The translations under genes were made by a program, and so were the position numbers. A DNA stretch of 64,000 bases from Euglena gracilis. Taxonomy: Eukaryota. Positions 1-12,081 of this stretch are shown piece by piece; within the stretch, counting starts at the first letter, position 1, and every line of letters starts with the position of its first letter. The stretch spans positions 372,001 to 436,000 of the forward strand of contig CP154954.1 of assembly GCA_039621445.1 (NCBI GenBank), given 5' to 3'. A model generated the notes under the pieces. It was not told the origin of the DNA and searched no databases. It saw only the letters and a list, made by a program, of their open reading frames with translations.

Positions 1-182
1 GAATTAAAAAAAAAAGGATGGTAAAAAAGTTAGTTTTTTTTGTTTGAAATATTGTAATTAAAATATTGGAAAATTTTTACTTTTTTGTAGTTTATTAAAT
101 AAATTTTTTACATTACTTTTTAAGTTAAAATTTTAGTATTTTTTTTTTTTAATAAATTTTATAATTGATTTTAGAGTTGTAG

Positions 183-293
183 ATTTTGAAAATTTTCTTT
201 TATTTCAAAAATATGGTTTATTTTAAAAACAATAATATTCGCACCACTATAGGGAGAATTTTTTTTGATGATATGATTAAAGAATTTCTATAA
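183..293 (+). CDS. rpoC1: RNA polymerase beta' subunit, last exon (5' boundary approximate)
   Basis: Reads ...IRTTIGRIFFDDMIKEFL*, the RpoC1 C-terminal TTxGR motif, directly upstream of rpoC2. Confidence 0.75.
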   Translation: MLKIFFYFKNMVYFKNNNIRTTIGRIFFDDMIKEFL

Positions 294-384
294 ATACTTT
301 AATTTTTTGTATGAGCTAAGTAGTTTTAAAGTTTATTATTTTATTGATTTATTTCAATAAGTTTGTTAAATTATTATTTTAATT

Positions 385-3300
385 ATGAATTTCGGAAATA
401 TAGTATGTTTTAATAGAGTTTTTGATAAAAATGAAATTAGAAATTTAATTAGCTGGTTTTTGTCAAATTATGGTAGTATCCGAACAAAAGAGTTATTGGA
501 TAAAATGAAAAATTTTGGTTTTACCTATGCAACAACCACTGGATTATCATTAGGACTTGGAGATCTTAAAATTCCTTCTTCAAAAGCAAATTTGGTTAAA
601 AGTTCTGAAAAAATTTTATTTAAAACGAGAAATCGATATAAAAATGGTATGATAAATTTCATTAATGTTTTGGATGAAGAAAGGGATATTTGGAATGTCG
701 TTAATGAAAATTTGAAGAAAGAATCTATTAATAATTTGAGACAATCCGACTTTTTGAATCCTTTGTATTCTATGACTTTGTCAGGTGCAAGGGGTAGTAT
801 TACACAGGTGAAACAATTGATAGGTATGCGAGGACTAATGTCCGATTCTCAGGGTAATGTAATTCCTTTTCCAATAAAAACTAATTTTAAAGAAGGTTTA
901 AATATTACTGAATATTTTGTTTCTTGTTACGGTGCTAGAAAAGGCTTAATTGATACTGCTTTAAAAACAGCTAATGCTGGGTATTTAACTAGACGAATGA
1001 TTTATACAGCACAAAACTTAATTGTAAAAAGGTCGGATTGTTTTACAAAATATAATACGTGCGTATTACTACAAAACCAAGATAAAGAAGAACTAAAGTT
1101 TTTGAAGGAAAAATTAATTGGTAGAGTATTAGCAAAAACTATTGTTAATGCCAAAACAGGTGATATTTTAGTTAGTGCTGGTCAAGATATTTGTAATGTG
1201 TGGTTCGAGCTACAAAAATTTTAAAATTTAAGGAATGTGGCAAATTCTTTTATATTAATTTTTATCTAAGATTATTATACTTTAAAATTAGCGAAATTCT
1301 AATAATATACAGATCATTGTTATTAAACATAATTTCCTTTTTATTAGAATAAAAAAACAGGATTAAAATTTCAAAGTATTAAAAGTATTTGAAATAGTAA
1401 TTTTATATGGTTTACAGAAAATTAAGAAACTAAAAAGCTTCAACTTTTTTTATAATATTTTATTACACTTTGTTATTGAAAATTAAGGGGGAGTTATATT
1501 AGGAGCCATTTTAAAACATACCTTTTATGTATAGTAGTTATGGTATAAACGAATTGAATTTTTATTTATAAGGATGGAATATGAAGCAAAAGGTCTGAAC
1601 GATGTTATAAAAACGTTTAAAATACTCTATGAAAAGTAGTAGGTGTAATCACCGGCATATGCTGATATATTTCTTAAATATCATAAAAAGTTTATGATTT
1701 TTAGGTAGCCGAGTGAAAAAGAATTTTCATGCTCGGTTTCGAATGAGAAATATTTTTATTAAATATTAACTTTCAGTCTATACGTTTAAAAAAATTATTA
1801 ATTTTCCCGAGGTTTATATTCGTACACCTTTTAATTGTGTATTAATGGAAGGCATATGCCAAATATGCTATGGTTGGAATTTAGCCTGTGGCAAAATGGT
1901 AGAACTTGGTGAATGTGTAGGAATTTTAGCTGCTCAATCAATAGGTGAGCCTGGTACGCAATTAACAATGCGAACTTTTCATACGGGTGGTGTTTTTTCT
2001 GCAAAGGCAAAAGAAGTTATAACATCTCCTTTAAATGGAAAAATATGGTACGATTTGAAGTGTGTATCGTTTTTAATTTTACAATATTTAATGGCAGAAT
2101 TAAACTTTCTATTTTAGACTAATTGTCTTTGTTATTGTATTACAATTTTTATATTTATTACTTGTTATAGATAGTAACTTAAAGTTTTTTAAATTGATTT
2201 ATATTGTAAGTTTATTTTTTTATAATTGAAATCAATTTTGCAGAATAGATAAACAAAATGTTGTTTATATTTTGTTACGTATTTTTTTAGTAAATAGAGT
2301 GAGAATAAATGGTTTTTCTAATAAAATTTATAATTTTAAACTTTATTTGATAAAACATGTTCTAAAAAACGATGTTTTAAAATAGAAGGAACGATTAAAA
2401 TTAGTTTGGGGTTAGGGGATGTTTATTATTAGTATTTAAATTTATAGATCGCAATTATAAAATAAATATGAAGTATTAGCCATTAAATTAATCACAATTA
2501 TAATTGAGTAGTCGTATGATATAATATATCAAGTATGACTTCGTAAAAGTGATTTTTATAGGTCAACTTTAACTACAGGGTTAAGAAGAGTTTATAATAA
2601 ATTTAAGGAAAAAGCTTTTTTAACTTTGCAAGAAAAAAAAATTGTGATTTACGAAAATGACGTTAGTAAATCTATTATGTTTTTACCTTCTAGTACGCTT
2701 TTATATGTTAAGCCAGGAAGAAAAATATTTGATAAGCAAATAATAGGAGAATCTGTAAATTCTAACTTGAAAAATGACGTTTTTGGTATTGAGGAAATTC
2801 GAGATGTTAAGGCAAAAATTTCTGGTCAAATCTTTTTCCCTCAAATTAATTCGAAGCAATTTGGAAAAATATTTTGGATAATAAGTTCTATTATTATGAG
2901 TTTTACTTCTTTATTTTTTCATTTGACAAAGAAATTTTCTTTTAAAAATAAATTAATTTGTCCTACTACAAATGTTCATAAAAAAGAATTATTTGTTAAC
3001 AGGAAGAAAGAACTTTTTCCTCGTAAATTTGGTAAATTATTTATTAACATTAGGAACGTTAATAGTTTAGTTGATAAATCGAAAGTTTTAAAAAAAAGAA
3101 GTTCACATATTATTACATGTATACTTGATCAAGATAAGGTTATAATGCTTCGAAATCTTAAAAAACAAAAGCGTATTTTTGGTAATTTTAAAATTGGATG
3201 TTTTCTTAAAACGGGTCAAATAATTAGTAATTTTAAGCTTCTTCATTCTTCTCAAATAATACAAGAAAGAAAAGAGTTTTCGATTTTTCGAAAAGTAATG

Positions 3301-3972
3301 CCTTTTTCGACTAATGATGATACATTGATGAGAATAGAAGATAAACCTTTTATAAGAAAGAACCAATTATTATATCGCGTTAATTTTGTCCGAGAAAAAA
3401 CTTATGATATAGTTCAAGGATTGCCTAAAGTAGAAAAATTGTTAGAAGCTCGAATGACTTCTTCGTTAAAAGAAATAATAAATAACCCTCATGATATATT
3501 GACGGAGTCTTTTTTTACTTTTTTAGATGATTATGAGAATCTTGTAGCTGCGCGAAAAAGTTTTGAGGTAATACAAAAATATTTAATAGATGGTGTTCAG
3601 ACTGTTTATAAATCTCAGGGTGTCAAAATAGCGGATAAACATATTGAACTTATTGTTAAACAAATAACGTCAAAAGTGATTGTTACTAATCCAGGTGATT
3701 CTAGCTTTATGGTAGGGGATTTTTTAGATCTTAATTTAGTAGAGGTATTAAATAAAAGACTAGTAAATAGTATTGTTTATGAGCCTATAATTATGGGATT
3801 GACTCGTTTTTCTCTATCTAGTCAAAGTTTTATAGCTCAAGCGAGTTTTCAAGAAACTACTAGAGTTTTAACAAAAGCTGCTTTACAAGGAAGAGCTGAT
3901 TGGTTATCTGGGTTAAAAGAAAATTTAGTTTTAGGAAATATTATTCCCGCAGGTACTGGTTTTAAAAATTAA
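385..3972 (+). CDS. rpoC2: RNA polymerase beta'' subunit; exons 385-1197, 1779-2059, 2574-3972; two group II introns
   Basis: Motifs [60 protein letters not shown]; introns start GTGTG and have domain V-like 3' hairpins. Confidence 0.96.
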
Positions 3973-4002
3973 TTAGCAAAATTTACTATAATTTGAGTAA
4001 CT

Positions 4003-4075
4003 GGGGGTATAGCTCAGTTGGTAGAGCGTCTGCCTTACAAGCAGAATGTCAGCGGTTCGAATCCGTTTGCCCTCA
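4003..4075 (+). tRNA. trnV: tRNA-Val(UAC)
   Basis: Cloverleaf, anticodon loop CTTACAA, GTTCGAATC T-loop. Confidence 0.95.
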
Positions 4076-4091
4076 AAGGTTATTTACTTTA

Positions 4092-4163
4092 TCCTTAATA
4101 GCTCAGTGGTAGAGCAATCGGCTGTTAACCGATCGGTCGTAGGTTCGAATCCTACTTAAGGAG
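4092..4163 (+). tRNA. trnN: tRNA-Asn(GUU)
   Basis: Cloverleaf, loop CTGTTAA. Confidence 0.95.
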
Positions 4164-4166
4164 TAA

Positions 4167-4240
4167 GGGCTTGTAGCTCAGTGGACTAGAGCACGTGGCT
4201 ACGAACTACGGAGTCAGGGGTTCGAATCCCTTCTTGCCCG
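4167..4240 (+). tRNA. trnR: tRNA-Arg(ACG)
   Basis: Cloverleaf, loop CTACGAA. Confidence 0.95.
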
Positions 4241-4285
4241 ATTGATTAGTAATTTCGTTATTTTTTATGATCATTTAATTTTTAA

Positions 4286-4369
4286 TACAGGCAGAGAGAC
4301 TCGAACTCTCACATCATAAAGACACAGGAACCTAAATCCTGCGCGTCTACCAAATTCCGCCATGCCTGC
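4286..4369 (-). tRNA. trnL: tRNA-Leu(UAG)
   Basis: Minus-strand cloverleaf with long variable arm, loop TTTAGGT. Confidence 0.93.
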
Positions 4370-4439
4370 TTTATCAATATTAATAAATGTTAATATTGTT
4401 TTTATTTATTTTAAAACGTGTTAAATAAATTTTGTTATT

Positions 4440-5036
4440 TTATATTCTACGTCTCTTGCTAGGTCGACATCCATTATGTGGTAAGGGAGTGACATCTCTT
4501 ATGCAACTTATGCGTAGACCTAAACTTTGTACGCATTTTAAAGCTGTTTCTCGTCCGGTTCCAGGTCCACTAATGTTTATCTCAACTTTTTGAAGTCCTT
4601 GTTCTATAGCTTTCTTAACGGCAATTGCAGTAGTTGTCTTTGTAGCTAACGGTGTAGCCTTTTTCGAGCTTTTAAAACCGCATGCTCCTGAAGATGACCA
4701 AGCGATTACATTTCCTTTTGGATCACTTACCGAAACTAAGAATTTAATTAGATGTATTTTCTATTATTTAATATAAAGGAAAATTTTTTTTAGTTTTATT
4801 GTGATGATTTTTTGTATAATTTTTTTAATATTAAATCGCTTCATTATTATAAGTTGTTTTTTTAAGATATTGATTTTTAAATGCTTTTTTTTAAAGATAA
4901 AAATTATAATAACTTTATATTACATTATATACTATTAATTTTTGATTGCATGTAAGTTTAATCCCATAATATGGACAATTCCTTTTGGAAATTTTTTTTT
5001 TGTTATTTTGATTATTTTTTTTTTTTGTTTTATCAT
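4440..5036 (-). CDS. rps11: Ribosomal protein S11, two ~100-nt group III introns
   Basis: Exons give KGIVHI, KTTYNN, VSDPKGNVIAWSSSGACGFKSSKKATP...DVTPLPHNGCRPSKRRRI*. Confidence 0.92.
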
Positions 5037-5159
5037 TTTTTTATAAATAAATATTTCTTTTTAAGAACAAAATTTGCAAAAAGCATGATTTCCTTGAGTT
5101 TTTAATATTTATTTCATTTTTTATATTATTCACAATTTTCCCTATAAATTAATTTATAA

Positions 5160-5777
5160 TTAGACCTTGCGTGAATAGAATTCGATTACTAAAAGTTCAT
5201 TAACTATTAACGATATCGCTTTTCTATTGATTAAACCAATAATTTTTGCTTCTAAGTTTTTTTTGTTAAGAGATAAATGTGGTGGTATTAATAGTAATTC
5301 TTTAGATTCTATGTTTTTTTGTATGACATTTTCTGATACAGTACTTTTTTTAGGTTTTATAATACTTTTTGGTTGGCAAATAAAACTAGGTATATTGATA
5401 ACTTTGTCATCTACACAAATGTGACCATGATTTATTAGTTGTTTTGCAGCCATTATTGTAGGTGCAAAACCTATTCGATGTACAATATTATCTAATCTCA
5501 TTTCCAAAAAAGTTAGCAAAAATCTTCCGGATGATCCTTTTTTTTTCCTAGATTTTTTTACATAATTTAGAAGTTGTCTTTCGGTTATTCCGTAGTTAAA
5601 TCGCAGTTTTTGTTTTTCTTTTAATCTTATGTTATATTTTGATATTTTTTTTTTCCTTTTAAAGGATGTTGCTGGTTGCCCTGGGGATTTTCTTTTCTTT
5701 GATGTTTTATTTGTAAGACTTGGAAGTTTTCCTATTCTACGAACTATTCGCAATCGTGGTCCTCTATATCTTGACAT
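5160..5777 (-). CDS. rps4: Ribosomal protein S4
   Basis: MSRYRGPRLRIVRR, EKQKLRFNYG, LEMRLDNIVHR. Confidence 0.98.
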   Translation of the reverse strand: MSRYRGPRLRIVRRIGKLPSLTNKTSKKRKSPGQPATSFKRKKKISKYNIRLKEKQKLRFNYGITERQLLNYVKKSRKKKGSSGRFLLTFLEMRLDNIVHRIGFAPTIMAAKQLINHGHICVDDKVINIPSFICQPKSIIKPKKSTVSENVIQKNIESKELLLIPPHLSLNKKNLEAKIIGLINRKAISLIVNELLVIEFYSRKV

Positions 5778-5853
5778 AGTTTTATCTATATTTTTTTTGA
5801 TCTTAAATAACTTTTTCTATGTTAATTGTTTTTGTTGTTTAACATCTAATTGC

Positions 5854-5935
5854 GAGTTGTTGCCCGAGTGGTTAATGGGGGCGGATTGTAAATCCGCTAG
5901 TTCATCTTTCGCTGGTTCGAATCCAGCACGACTCA
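5854..5935 (+). tRNA. trnY: tRNA-Tyr(GUA)
   Basis: Cloverleaf, loop TTGTAAA, long variable arm. Confidence 0.95.
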
Positions 5936-6000
5936 AAATATTTTTATATTTAATCAGACAGTTTTCGAGTTATAATAAATTTTTATTATATTTTTTATAG

Positions 6001-6072
6001 GTGGGTGTAGCCAAGTGGTAAGGCAAAGGACTGTGACTCCTTCATTCGCGGGTTCGATCCCCGTCATTCACC
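6001..6072 (+). tRNA. trnH: tRNA-His(GUG)
   Basis: Cloverleaf, loop CTGTGAC, G at -1 (6000). Confidence 0.95.
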
Positions 6073-6087
6073 ATCTATTAATTTTTA

Positions 6088-6159
6088 GGCTCAGTAGCTC
6101 AGAGGTAGAGCAGGGGATTCATAAGCCCTTGGTCACAGGTTCAAATCTTGTCTGAGCCA
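6088..6159 (+). tRNA. trnM: tRNA-Met(CAU), elongator
   Basis: Cloverleaf, loop TTCATAA, paired 1:72. Confidence 0.9.
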
Positions 6160-6163
6160 AACT

Positions 6164-6236
6164 GCGCTTTTAGTTCAATTGGTAGAACGTAGGTCTCCAA
6201 AACCTGATGTAGTAGGTTCGAATCCTACAGAGCGCG
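6164..6236 (+). tRNA. trnW: tRNA-Trp(CCA)
   Basis: Cloverleaf, loop CTCCAAA. Confidence 0.95.
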
Positions 6237-6263
6237 TTTATTTTTTTTCTTTATCTTAAATTT

Positions 6264-6336
6264 GCCCCCATCGTCTAGAGGCCTAGGACATCTCCCTTTC
6301 ACGGAGGCAACGGGGATTCGAATTCCCCTGGGGGTA
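6264..6336 (+). tRNA. trnE: tRNA-Glu(UUC)
   Basis: Cloverleaf, loop CTTTCAC. Confidence 0.95.
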
Positions 6337-6342
6337 ATTTAT

Positions 6343-6415
6343 GCGGGTATAGCTCAGTTGGTAGAGCGTGGTCCTTCCAAGTCCAATGTCGCGTGTTCGA
6401 ATCACGTTACCCGCT
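6343..6415 (+). tRNA. trnG: tRNA-Gly(UCC)
   Basis: Cloverleaf, loop CTTCCAA. Confidence 0.95.
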
Positions 6416-6475
6416 TTTAACTTTTTGTCTTTATAGAAAGTTAATTTTTAATTTTTATGATATTTTTAATATACT

Positions 6476-9400
6476 ATGGGATGTGCGATTCGTAAAATTT
6501 GGATCTTATTTTTAAAAAAATTTTTTGTCCATGTAAATTAAATTTTTACTCTTAATTTTCCGATATTTTAGTAGTTTAGTTTTTATTATCGAAAGAATTT
6601 TTTTATCTTTAAATTTTCTTATGTTTATAAAGAAAAATAATTTGGAACTTTAGTAGGAAATGTTTATACGATCATTTTGTAGTTTTTGTTATTTGTTTCC
6701 ATGTTTTATTAAAAAATAATTTATTTATTCCTCTAATTTATTTTTGTTATTAATAAATGAATGATCATTTCATTAAAAGAATAATAAAGCGGATAAAAAA
6801 AAACGAAAAATATATATTAAATTTTATAAGGATGATTTTTTAATCAGAATTATATCTAAGTTATTTTAAGTATTTTTTGCGTTTTCTAATCTTTTAAGAT
6901 TATATAATTGAGTAGCCGTATGTTATTGAATTAACAAGTACGGTTTCGGATAAAAAACTTTTTAATTATTAAAGTTGATTTTACCTGCCTTGGTATCGTG
7001 TTGTGATTTTTAGTTTTTTACTTATAAATGATATTTATAGTTTTAAAAATTTCCTTATAGTTTATTTTTTGATTTTTTAATAAAATTTTTAAAAATATTT
7101 GTTTTACATACTGTTGTTCTTAATGATCCAGGTCGTTTGATTTCTGTTCATTTAATGCATACTGCATTAGTTTCAGGATGGGCTGGATCTATGGCCTTAT
7201 ATGAACTTGCTATTTTTGATCCTTCTGATGTTGCGCTAAATCCTATGTGGCGCCAAGGAATGTTTGTTCTTCCTTTTATGACACGTTTAGGGGTAACAAA
7301 ATCTTGGGGTGCTTGGAGTGTTACAGGGGAATCTTTTTCGGATCCAGGAATTTGGAGTTACGAAGGTGTAGCGGTAGCACATATAATTTTATCGGGTCTT
7401 TTATTTTTAGCTGCTATTTGGCATTGGGTTTATTGGGACCTTGATTTATTTCGTGATCCAGCTAGTGGTGAGTTAAAGTTAGATTTACCTAGAGTATTTG
7501 GAGTTCATTTATTCTTGTCTGGAGCATTATGTTTAGCTTTTGGAGTTTTCCATGTTACGGGTGTTTTTGGTCCTGGTATTTGGGTTTCTGATCCTTATGG
7601 TTTAAGTGGGAGTGCGATTCGTTTTTAATGTTCTTTTAATAATTTTATATCGTTAAGAGATTTTTTATGAAATTTTTGTTCAATTAGGTGAAAAACCTTT
7701 TATTTTATTGAAATTATTGCGTTATCAATAAGAACGATAACTTATTTAATTTTTTAACTGTAAAAAATTAACGATTTTTGGATAGATAATCTAAATATTG
7801 GCTATGCCATAGTTATATATTTTCTAATTAAATTTTGTATAATTTTTAATTTTTCTTCTAATAAGATTAATTTTTTAGCAAAATTGTGGATAAGTGTGTC
7901 CTCAAGAATTTCATTTAGCAACAAAAAGCAACGAAATAATTTAGTTTCTATCTTTGACATTTTTTGATATGTCTATTTTTAACTTTTTTAGAGGGGATGA
8001 TTTAAACGGAAAAATTTTTTATTAATTTTTATTGACTTAAATCACACTTATAAAAGTATCAAAATTATATTTTGATATATAAGTATTTGTTAAAATACAA
8101 GTACTTTATAAGTGAGTAGTTAAATGATTTAAAAATTTCATATTTAATTTCGGATGAAAGATTTTTAATCTATTCTTGCAAATTGAACCTGTTATTCCTT
8201 CTTGGGGTGCTGAAGGTTTTGATCCGTATAATGTAGGTGGAATTGCTTCTTTGCGAGTTGTAAAAGTTCATACTTATGAGTTAAAAGTTTTTAACTTTTT
8301 CTTACTTTAATACCTTTTATTCAATTTTTAATTTTTAGTAATAAAAAGCCAGGTAGATTTTTTTACTAAATAGCCATTTTTGTTTTAGGTTAGTTATATT
8401 TTTTGCAATAATATTTGCAGTTTATTAATATTCTTGATAAAAACTTTTTTTACAGTTTTGTGAGAGTTTGGCTGTTAAAGAAGCATAAAATTTATTTTAT
8501 TTTATTTTGTTATTGTAATTTTTATTTTTTGTGTATGAAAATAATAACTAATTAATTGTATTTTTTTCCAAAATTTTTTTTTACACTTTGATTCGAAATT
8601 TTTTCCTAAGTTTAGTATTTACGAATATTTTGTAAAAAAAGTTGAGTTAAAGATTTAAAAATAACTTATTTGTTTAGGTATTTTTAAATCTTTAAAATTT
8701 GTCCTAAATTTAGTATTAGGAAAAATTGATTAATAATTTTATTATTAATTAAAGCCGTGTGCATTTTTATTTTGCATGCACGGTTTTTTTGAGGAAATAT
8801 AATAATTTATTTTCTATCAAGGCATCATATTGCTGCAGGTCTTTTAGGACTTATTGCTGGTGGATTTCATGTTTTAGTTCGCCCTTCTCAACGCTTGTTT
8901 GTACTTTTACGTATGGGGAATATTGAAACTGTTCTTTCTAGTAGTATAGCTGCGGTTTTTTGGTCTGCATTTGTTGTTTCAGGCACTATGTGGTACGGTT
9001 CTGCTTCTACACCTATTGAGCTATTTGGTCCTACTCGATACCAATGGGATAAAGGTTATTTTCAGGAAGAAATAGAAAGACGTGTTCAAGCTAGTTTATC
9101 TGATGGTTGTTCTTTGTCAGAAGCTTGGGGTGCTATTTCGCCTAAGTTAGCTTTTTATGATTATATTGGGAATAATCCAGCAAAAGGTGGATTATTTCGT
9201 TCTGGTCCTATGAATAATGGTGATGGTATAGCGACTGCATGGTTAGGTCATGCAGTATTTATTGATAAGGAAGGTAATTCATTGTTTGTTCGTCGTATGC
9301 CTACTTTTTTTGAAACGTTTCCAGTAATATTATTAGATCAAAATGGTGTTGTTCGTGCCGATATTCCGTTTCGTCGTGCTGAGTCTAAATATAGTATTGA

Positions 9401-9749
9401 ACAAGTAGGCGTTACTGTTCGTTTCTTCGGTGGTAGTTTCGATACTTTAAGTTTTAATGATCCTGCTACTGTGAAAAGATATGCACGACGTGCTCAGCTT
9501 GGAGAAATTTTTGACTTTAATCGTTCTATTTTACAGTCTGATGGTGTTTTTAGAAGTAGTCCAAGAGGCTGGTTTACTTTTGGTCATTTGTCTTTTGCTT
9601 TAATTTTCTTTTTTGGGCATATTTGGCATGGGGCAAGAACTTTATTTAAATATTTGCTTGCTGGTATTGACCCTGATTTGGAGGAAGAGATTGAATTTGG
9701 TACTTTTGAAAAATTAGGTGATGATACAACTAAGAAAGAATTAGTTTAA
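6476..9749 (+). CDS. psbB: Photosystem II CP47; exons 6476-6482, 6986-7000, 7105-7611, 8180-8250, 8823-9749 (three group II introns, one 104-nt group III intron)
   Basis: Spliced N-terminus [51 protein letters not shown]. Confidence 0.96.
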
Positions 9750-9812
9750 TTATTATTTAATTAGTAAATTTGTTTTAGGAAATGTGCAAAGTTGTGAAAA
9801 TTTTTTATTTTT

Positions 9813-11257
9813 ATGGAAGCTTTAGTTTATACATTCTGTGTGCTACGAAGTTGTATTCTTTTTACTTTAGGTAATTAAATTTAAATTAATAAAAGGGTGG
9901 ATTAAGACTTTTCATAAACGCCTTTATTAAATTTTTTGTGGGGTATATTTTTGTGCGGTTTACCTAGGACAAAACAAGATTATATGTTTTAATTTTGTAT
10001 TTTTGCATATTACTTTACTTAATTTATGGAGTTTTTATACTTTAAGCAATTAAAACTAATTTTATAGATTTTATAGTTTGGTAGTGAATTTATATTTTAT
10101 TATTTTGATTTGATTTTTTCGTATTTTTTTTATTTTAATTTAGTAGAAAAGGAAATTTTTACTATTTTGTAATTTTTAATTTCGATATTTTAATGTAATA
10201 ATTATTTTTAAGTGCTTTTTTTTTTTTGTTCTTTTACACGGTTGTTATATCTTTTTGTCGAGGAAATTGTAATTACATTTAATTCTTTTATTTTTGAATT
10301 AATTTTTATTAAGATGATTTGGGATAGAAACGATTTCTGAAAAATATAATTTTTATTAAAGGTATCATATAATTACTTTTATGGTTATTTTAATTGATCG
10401 ATAATTTTTTATTAATCTTGGATTGTCCACGATATCATTTCAGGCGGGTAAAGATTTTTTATCTTTATTCTTTTGATGATTTTAGTTTTTTGGGTGAGCC
10501 AGATGCTTAGGAATTAGCTTGTCCGGTTCTTTAGGGAATTTTTTTTACCTTATATTTGATTTTACTGTTTTTATTTTAATTAAGGATGATTTTTTTTGGA
10601 TTGATTATTTTTTGTTGTAAATATTATTTTATTGCTTTTTTTGTTGATAATATTGATATGTTTTGAAATTTTGAAGTTTCAATAAAATTTATGAAAAATT
10701 TGTATTTTTTGTAAATTATTTTTTTACTGTAGTCGTTTTCCTTTTTAATGCAGTTCTGTTAGGTCTTTTAGTATAATTTTATTTTACTGTAATTACTTAA
10801 TCTTTATTAGTGTTTTTTTCATTTTTTTCAACGAAATCAATTATAATTGTTTAAATATGTAATTTTTCTTCAATACGAATTATATTAATTTTATTTTTTT
10901 AGAAATTTCTAGTGTATTTATAAAGCTTTGTGATATACATATCAAGCATAGTTTGGTGACAATTATTTTTTATTTTTAGTCTTTTTTTTTACATTGAGTT
11001 TTATATAATTTTTAATTTTCATAAATATTTTTGAAGTTTATAAAACGTATTATATATTTAAAATATATGAGGATTTTAACTACTAGAATAGTTGTTAATA
11101 TTATTTTATTTTAAAAATTTATATTTGAGCTTTGTGTAATAGTATAATACTTGTAAAGTTCTTTTAGGAGGGTTTCCTTACTTAACTATTGATAGGTACT
11201 TTAGGCGTTATTTTTTTTGCTATTTTTTTCCGTGAATCTCCACGTATTAATAAATAA
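9813..11257 (+). CDS. psbT: Photosystem II protein T; exons 9813-9837 and 11187-11257 around a ~1.35-kb intron
   Basis: Splices to [31 protein letters not shown]; intron GTGTG...AAC. Confidence 0.93.
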
Positions 11258-11292
11258 TTATTCTTATTATCTTTCAATTTTCGATGTGATTT

Positions 11293-11328
11293 AATTTTTA
11301 TTAACTTATAAAAAAGTTAATAAAAATT
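11293..11328. terminator. 15-bp-stem hairpin between convergent psbT and psbH 3' ends
   Basis: AATTTTTATTAACTT-ataaaa-AAGTTAATAAAAATT perfect inverted repeat; function inferred from position. Confidence 0.55.
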
Positions 11329-11402
11329 TTAAAAAGAAAAAGAAATAAAAAATAAATAAAATGAAATTTTCACAACAGTTTTAATTTGTTATTTATTTCA
11401 TT

Positions 11403-11614
11403 TTATTTAATGTCAAGAATTACTGAAGAGTTGTATATTTCTAAAATTATTGTTAAAAAAATTGCGAATAAAGTCATAAAAATTAACATTATTCCAGCTG
11501 TCCCCCAGCCAGGAAGAACTTTTCCATATTTAGAATTTAAAGGTTTTAATATTGTTCCTAAAGTAGTTGTTTTACCTTTAGAATTTGATGTTTGTTTTTT
11601 GAAATAGTTGTCAT
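11403..11614 (-). CDS. psbH: Photosystem II protein H (1-nt homopolymer deletion near 11592 in this copy)
   Basis: Mirror of intact ORF 14217..14429. Confidence 0.9.
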
Positions 11615-11665
11615 AATATTAAATTTAATAATTTTTAACTTTCTTTTGAAATTACCTATTTTATT

Positions 11666-11794
11666 TTAATTTTCATGTTCTTCAAAAGGATCTTTAAGTT
11701 TTCTTGACATTGGACCAAATCCCATGTAAATTGAGTATATTGTTGTACTTATAATAAAAAAACCTAAAAAAATAGTTGATAAAAATGATATTAT
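11666..11794 (-). CDS. psbN: PsbN (start uncertain, no in-frame ATG)
   Basis: ...STIFLGFFIISTTIYSIYMGFGPMSRKLKDPFEEHEN* matches the PsbN C-terminal DPFEEH motif. Confidence 0.85.
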   Translation of the reverse strand: MISFLSTIFLGFFIISTTIYSIYMGFGPMSRKLKDPFEEHEN

Positions 11795-12058
11795 TTTAAA
11801 TAAAAATTTATATTACTTTTATTTTAGTATATTATTTTTGGCTGACTTTTTAAAATTAAAGAATTTTTATTCCAATTCGAAAATTGTTGGTTTTGATTTA
11901 ATGTGTTTTATTTATATTCGTATATATTTGAGAATTTTAAGTTTTTAATATAAAATTTTTTTTTTATTTATATTGCATGAAGTTAGGTATAATGAATTCT
12001 TTTATCTTTATAATGCATACTTGAAATTTTAATTCTTGTTTGATAAGTTTCTCTTTTT

Positions 12059-12081
12059 ATGAGTCGAGTTTACGATTGGTT
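12059..12081 (+). CDS. petB: Cytochrome b6 exon 1; gene truncated by the fold-back inside intron 1
   Basis: ATG AGT CGA GTT TAC GAT TGG TT (MSRVYDWF) followed by GTGCG group II 5' end. Confidence 0.85.

Noticed and set aside
5629-6000. 123-aa ORF and other antisense or alternative-frame ORFs (3103..3366, 5227..5424, 7247..7444, 11386..11607, 14162..14446, 26602..26784, 27172..27423, 36885..37212, 50119..50325 and mirrors)
   Set aside because: Shadows of real genes or tRNAs with no recognisable motifs
5854-6415. Regularly spaced GTTCGAATC repeats resembling a CRISPR-like array
   Set aside because: They are the T-loops of clustered tRNA genes
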